DNA of 64,000 bases, from NCBI GenBank assembly GCA_030656555.1, contig JAUSPN010000101.1:2941-66940 (forward strand), written 5' to 3'. This DNA comes from Candidatus Desulfaltia sp. GTDB taxonomy: Bacteria > Desulfobacterota > Desulfobacteria > Desulfobacterales > ETH-SRB1. Position 1 is the first letter of the stretch. Each line of letters starts with the position of its first letter. Shown in pieces: positions 59,531 through 64,000 of this stretch. The translations under genes and the position numbers were made by a program. The notes below the pieces were generated by a model that was not told the origin of the DNA, did no database searches, and was given only the letters and a program-made list of their open reading frames with translations.

Positions 59531-60184
59531 TTATTGATTATTTTCTTTTATCAAGACTTCACATTGAACGATATATTGAAGCGCCTTATAATGCACCCCG
59601 ACATCAGGATAATCGGATATAACCGACTTGAATCTGGCCAGTGCCCCCTTGTAGTGTTTGCTCTTATAATATTGCAACCCCACCTCGAACATAGCTTCAG
59701 CAAGGCTTTTATCGCATTTATTGATATATGCTTTCCCCATATGAGCGTATTTATCACGCGGGAACTGTTTTATCAGGCGTATAAACGTGGTTTTTGCCTT
59801 TTCCGCCGAACTCTGGTCCCTGTCCGGCGTGCTCACCTGTTCAAAATAACACAGCCCGATCTGGTATATTACATAAGGTATGGCCTCGTTATTGGGATGA
59901 AGATTTTCAAACTCCTCATAAGCAAAAATAGCATCTTCATATTCCTCTAAACAGTAATAAGCGTCGGCAACTTTTAGTTCCGCAAGAATCGCAAATTTGC
60001 TGAAAGGATACCAGTCTTTTAACTTTTCAAACGATTCAATCGCTTTTTTATAATTTCCGCTTTTGAAATCATCCATTCCGTTGCTTGCAAGTTCCTGAGC
60101 CGATTTTTCTTCCTTTGTTTCAAACCACGCGCAACCGGAAAAAACAAAAAAAGAAATTAGACAAAATATTAATATACGTTTCAT
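59531..60184 (-). CDS. bamD: Outer membrane assembly lipoprotein BamD (TPR)
   Basis: Lipobox FVFSGC, then TPR-like repeats: GNYKKAIESFEKLKDWYPFSKFAILAELKVADAYY... Confidence 0.8.
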   Translation of the reverse strand: MKRILIFCLISFFVFSGCAWFETKEEKSAQELASNGMDDFKSGNYKKAIESFEKLKDWYPFSKFAILAELKVADAYYCLEEYEDAIFAYEEFENLHPNNEAIPYVIYQIGLCYFEQVSTPDRDQSSAEKAKTTFIRLIKQFPRDKYAHMGKAYINKCDKSLAEAMFEVGLQYYKSKHYKGALARFKSVISDYPDVGVHYKALQYIVQCEVLIKENNQ

Positions 60185-60233
60185 TATAATATGTTAGCCT
60201 TATAAAATAAACTATTTGTATTTGTAATACATT

Positions 60234-60319
60234 TACCACAAAGATCACAGAGCACGCAAAGTAAATTAATTTGTTTTTTATCCTTCTATTTCTCTGTAGT
60301 CTCTGTGTGCTCCGTGGCA
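60234..60319. repeat. Hairpin element with CACAGAG-word arms
   Basis: taccacaaagatcacagagcacgcaaag - loop - ctctgtagtctctgtgtgctccgtggcaag. Confidence 0.7.
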
Positions 60320-60337
60320 AGAATGGTTGGTTTTCTT

Positions 60338-61270
60338 CTAATTTATATTTTCTATATAATGCTCGGCTGAAAATGCCGCAATTGCAGCGTCACCCACTGC
60401 TGTTACAATCTGTCGCAGCGGAGTATTGCGCACATCTCCTGCAACAAATACCCCGGGCACCGAAGTCTCCATGTTTGAATCGGCTATAACAAATCCGGAT
60501 TCATCCAACCTGACACAGCCACCTAAAAATCCTGTGTTTGGATGTATGCCTGTCCAGACAAAGCATCCATCAACCTTCAACTCTTTTGTGTCGTTTGTTT
60601 TAACATTCTTTACCGTAATATTTTCGACATTGGTTAAGCCGCCGTTAATGCTTGTTACTATTGAATCCCAGATAATTTCTATCCTGTTGTTGGCAAAAGC
60701 CCGTTCCTGCAAAATCTTTGTTGCCCTGAGTTCGTTCCTTCGATGAATAAGATATACCTTGTCGGCAAATTTAGTAAGAAATAAGCTTTCCTGCACAGCG
60801 GTATTTCCTCCTCCAATTGCAGCGACTACAAGACCTTTATAGAACGGCCCGTCACAAGTAGCGCAAAACGATACCCCTTTACCATAAAATCTATCTTCAC
60901 CGGGAACACCCAGTTTTCTTGGGGAAGCTCCTGTAGCTATGATAATTGTATAAGCGGTAATGGTTCTATCGGAAAGCCTGACTTCCTTGACTTTTTCGGA
61001 GCAATCAATTGAAATTACTTCGTTGTTTTCAATATTAAGATCAAACCGCTTTGTTTGCTGTGTTATATTTTGGACCAGATCGGCTCCGCTAACACCTTTG
61101 GGAAAACCCGGATAATTTTCGATCCAGTCGGTTGTAATAACCTGTCCGCCTGGAATGGCCTTCTCAACCAGGATAACATTTAACCTGGCTCGTGCCGCAT
61201 AAAGACCGGCGGTCAGCCCCGCTGGACCACCGCCTATTATTACAAGGTCGAAATCAGCCTTTTTCATCAC
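60338..61270 (-). CDS. trxB: Thioredoxin reductase
   Basis: VIIGGGPAGLTAGLYAAR...FCATCDG...GGGNTAVQE. Confidence 0.93.
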   Translation of the reverse strand: MMKKADFDLVIIGGGPAGLTAGLYAARARLNVILVEKAIPGGQVITTDWIENYPGFPKGVSGADLVQNITQQTKRFDLNIENNEVISIDCSEKVKEVRLSDRTITAYTIIIATGASPRKLGVPGEDRFYGKGVSFCATCDGPFYKGLVVAAIGGGNTAVQESLFLTKFADKVYLIHRRNELRATKILQERAFANNRIEIIWDSIVTSINGGLTNVENITVKNVKTNDTKELKVDGCFVWTGIHPNTGFLGGCVRLDESGFVIADSNMETSVPGVFVAGDVRNTPLRQIVTAVGDAAIAAFSAEHYIENIN

Positions 61271-61300
61271 AAAATCTTCTACAAAACTCTTTAAAAAAAT

Positions 61301-61465
61301 ATTGAAGCTCCCAGCTGCTTACGGCGGGGAGCTTTAATATTTCGAGAATTAAAATTTAAGCCTGACACAGACACGTTAGTGACACACAGTGAAGCATTAG
61401 TGCCAACCATCAGCGCTAACCTTTAGCGCTAAATCAAGCAAAAGGGGGTATTTTTTCAAAGGTTC
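61301..61465. repeat. Partial copy of the composite repeat (end of left half plus right-half module)
   Basis: attgaagctcccagctgcttacggcggggagctttaatatttcgagaattaaaatttaagcctgacac ... caagcaaaagggggtattttttcaaaggttc. Confidence 0.65.
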
Positions 61466-61792
61466 TTACAGTATTTTATTTATAACTTCCTCAAGTTTTT
61501 TTTTCGCGACTATACCTATTATCTGATCAACAACATTACCCTGTTTGAAAAACATTAATGTTGGTATTGATCTGATACCGTATTTTCCCGGTGTGGCTGG
61601 ATTGTCATCAACATTGAATTTTACAAATTTGACCTGCTTGCCGAAAGAACCTGATATCTCATCTATTACCGGACCGATCGCCCTGCATGGCCCGCACCAC
61701 GGAGCCCAGAAATCTACCAGCACAGGTTTATCCGCTGCCAATACCTCGGCATCGAAACTGTCATCGTCAACTTCCACAATGTTTGCTGCCAT
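61466..61792 (-). CDS. trxA: Thioredoxin
   Basis: VLVDFWAPWCGPCRAIGP. Confidence 0.93.
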   Translation of the reverse strand: MAANIVEVDDDSFDAEVLAADKPVLVDFWAPWCGPCRAIGPVIDEISGSFGKQVKFVKFNVDDNPATPGKYGIRSIPTLMFFKQGNVVDQIIGIVAKKKLEEVINKIL

Positions 61793-61982
61793 AACATATC
61801 CTTTTTATTTGTGTGGTTACAAGATAATTTAATAAGGCATCTTAACAATAAAGTTAAATATAGTAATATAAATAATCATTGTCAATATTTATGGATTTCC
61901 AATCGGAAAAATCCTTACAATTGACACATGAAATCGATTTTGTTACACAATCGCTATTGCGGTTCAAGGAGGAAAATAATAA

Positions 61983-62810
61983 ATGGGCAAAAAAATAAGT
62001 ATCGGCGCGCTAATCTCAGGGGGTGGCACAAACCTTCAGGCCATTATTGATGCATGCGAATCAGGCAGGATAGATGGAAAAATGGTGTTTGTGGGATCGG
62101 ATAACCCTGAAGCGCGAGGGCTTGAAAGGGGTCTTAAACACAAAATCCCTACCTTTGTTGTTAACTACAAATCGATAATACTAGATTATAAGAAAGAGCC
62201 TGAGCAGGTTATACTGCCGGATGATTTTGATCTGGATGATATAATTTCCAAACAGCATCTGTTTTCAGATAATGCAGCCACTGAAAAGATAAGATCCTTT
62301 ATTATTACAAGGGCTGTTGCCGAGGCAAAGCTTCTTGAAGAGATGAAATCTTATCCATTTGACCTTCTTGTTTTAGCCGGTTTTATGAGAAATTTTACCC
62401 CATATTTCATTAACAGGGTAAATACTGATCCGGGTGTTCAGCGCATCATGAATATCCACCCTGCCCTGCTCCCGTCGTTTTCGGGAGTTGATGGATATGG
62501 AGATACATTCAGGTATGGATGCAAGGTCGGAGGCTGCACAGTACACTTTGTCGATTATGGTGAAGACTCCGGGCCCATAATAGGCCAGAAGGCATTTCAG
62601 ATCGAGGAGGACGATACGTTGGATTCAATCAAGGAAAAGGGCCTAAAATTGGAGTGGGAACTTTACCCCGAATGCGTTCAACTGTTCGCACAGGGCCGCC
62701 TGCAAACCGTAAAAATGTCATATAAACTTAAAAACGATAAAATACTGCAACGAACCGTGGTAAAAATTGCGCAACCGGCAAGCCTTCAACATGCATCACC
62801 CCGGTTATGA
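61983..62810 (+). CDS. purN: Phosphoribosylglycinamide formyltransferase PurN (with an internal insertion)
   Basis: ISGGGTNLQAIIDAC...LVLAGFMR...NIHPALLPSFSG...GCTVHFVDYGEDSGPII. An extra segment of roughly 45 aa lies between the first and second blocks. Confidence 0.8.
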   Translation: MGKKISIGALISGGGTNLQAIIDACESGRIDGKMVFVGSDNPEARGLERGLKHKIPTFVVNYKSIILDYKKEPEQVILPDDFDLDDIISKQHLFSDNAATEKIRSFIITRAVAEAKLLEEMKSYPFDLLVLAGFMRNFTPYFINRVNTDPGVQRIMNIHPALLPSFSGVDGYGDTFRYGCKVGGCTVHFVDYGEDSGPIIGQKAFQIEEDDTLDSIKEKGLKLEWELYPECVQLFAQGRLQTVKMSYKLKNDKILQRTVVKIAQPASLQHASPRL

Positions 62811-62924
62811 AAAGGGACAATCCTGGGCCGCCGCATCACATCACGCATATCATCAAGAATCTTATTTGACATGGTTTTTTCCCTATTTTATAGTGTTTTT
62901 CATAATCAGAAAGAATATACTATA

Positions 62925-63081
62925 TTGAACCGCAAAAGCGAGCGCATTTCCCGCTGCTTGTCGGAGCAAAGCGGAGATCCCGTCCCATCGGGGCTGCGGG
63001 GTTAGCGAGCAAATCCAAAAATAGCAAACTTCCTTACGGTCGAAGATTCCCCGCTGCTTGCGGCGGGGGGCTTCAATATTG
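62925..63081. repeat. Copy of the core intergenic repeat (long form, left half only)
   Basis: ttgaaccgcaaaagcgagcgcatttcccgctgcttgtcggagcaaagcggagatcccgtcccatcggggctgcggggttagcgagcaaatccaaaaatagcaaacttccttacggtcgaagattccccgctgcttgcggcggggggcttcaatattg. Confidence 0.8.
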
Positions 63082-63169
63082 AAAACAAGCAAATTTGCCT
63101 GTTTGTCAGTTCAATATCAGGATATCAGGCAAAATTGCCTTATATGTAAATGTTGGGTTTGGAGGATTC

Positions 63170-64000
63170 ATGGATAAACGCTACCAGGTCTTTGTCAGTT
63201 CAACGTATGCCGACTTGAAGCAAGAACGACAAAAAGTCATTCAGGCCCTAATGGAGATGGACTGCATTCCAGCGGGAATGGAGATCTTCCCTGCAGCAGA
63301 TGAAGAGCAGTGGGAATTCATTAAGCGCGTTGTTGATGATTGTGACTACTATATCCTTATCATTGGCGGACGATATGGGTCACTCACCCCCGAGGGAATC
63401 AGCTATACCGAGAAGGAGTATGACTACGCGATATCTGTTGAGCTCAAAATTCTAGCCTTCGTGCACGAAGCACCGGACGACATTCCTGTCGGGAAGTCAG
63501 ATGTTGAACCTGATCTTCGAGAAAAATTGGCAGCATTCCGCGACAAGGCCTGTCAGGGCCGCCTTGTCAAGTTCTGGACGAAGGCAGAGGAATTGCCTGG
63601 CCTTGTTGCCCTCAGCCTATCAAAGACTATCAAGGTCCACCCAGCCATCGGCTGGGTCCGCGCTAACAATGTAGCCAACGACGGACTCCTTGCCGACATC
63701 AACATGCTTCGTAAGGAGAATCAGCATCTCCACTCAACCTTGCTGAATCTTCAAGCGACGGTTACGCAACCGGAGCCAGAACTCGCCTCGCTGGACGACA
63801 CGATCGAGCTGACGATCTCATACAGAACCACAAAATACGATCGTTACTACACAGAAACCGAGAAGCAGAGCGTCTCATGGGGCGAATTGTTCACCTGTGT
63901 AGCCCCAGAGCTGATGCAACATCCGAGTGATGATGGTGCGAACTACAAGCTGGGGGCTGCTCTTTACCGTCGACTCCACCCTGGGCATGAGAAACTTGCT
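63170..64000 (+). CDS. DUF4062-domain protein, partial (runs off the right edge)
   Basis: Absent from the track because it is open-ended. My translation after the GGAGGA RBS reads [99 protein letters not shown]..., the pattern I associate with DUF4062. The open frame continues to position 64000. Confidence 0.65.
   Translation, partial: MDKRYQVFVSSTYADLKQERQKVIQALMEMDCIPAGMEIFPAADEEQWEFIKRVVDDCDYYILIIGGRYGSLTPEGISYTEKEYDYAISVELKILAFVHEAPDDIPVGKSDVEPDLREKLAAFRDKACQGRLVKFWTKAEELPGLVALSLSKTIKVHPAIGWVRANNVANDGLLADINMLRKENQHLHSTLLNLQATVTQPEPELASLDDTIELTISYRTTKYDRYYTETEKQSVSWGELFTCVAPELMQHPSDDGANYKLGAALYRRLHPGHEKLA

Noticed and set aside
62883-63092. 69-aa minus-strand ORF
   Set aside because: It lies entirely within a copy of the multi-copy core repeat. 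Equivalent positions in other copies are not open.

Overview
AT-rich bacterial chromosomal segment. Gene content and order suggest a Desulfobacterota-type (deltaproteobacterial) genome, but the taxon is a guess. Most of the window is housekeeping: hflKC, groES-groEL, a minor type IV pilin operon, purLQ, the rseP-dxr-cdsA-uppS-frr-pyrH-tsf-rpsB block, prmC-prfA-rpmE-rho, coaE, cca, adk, rpsU, folC, mltF-like, ispG, proS, relA/spoT, rpmB, bamD, trxBA, purN and three tRNAs. There are three accessory patches. (i) Left edge next to two tRNA-Ser genes: a mod-like methyltransferase, a Bro-N/DinD-like gene and a helicase, translationally coupled. (ii) A co-directional island of about 10.3 kb between ispG and proS (about 44.7-55.0 kb). 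It holds a frameshifted ORF6N gene, an ABC-type ATPase plus TOPRIM-like partner, a Type III mod/res pair, and a Panacea(DUF4065)-antitoxin plus MazF-fold toxin cassette. The toxin is split exactly at an A_AAA_AAG heptamer, and the cassette is bracketed by about 128-bp iteron-like direct repeats. (iii) Right edge: a more G+C-rich DUF4062 gene running off the window. Other notable points: a DUF523/TudS-like gene with an in-frame TGA at a conserved Cys position plus a downstream stem-loop (candidate selenoprotein); an unannotated 32-aa bS22-like micro-ORF; and dense intergenic hairpin/TIR repeat families. Three repeat copies sit in frame inside coding genes (purQ, cdsA, the left methyltransferase). 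All calls rest on reading the translations and sequence by eye; no database search was run.
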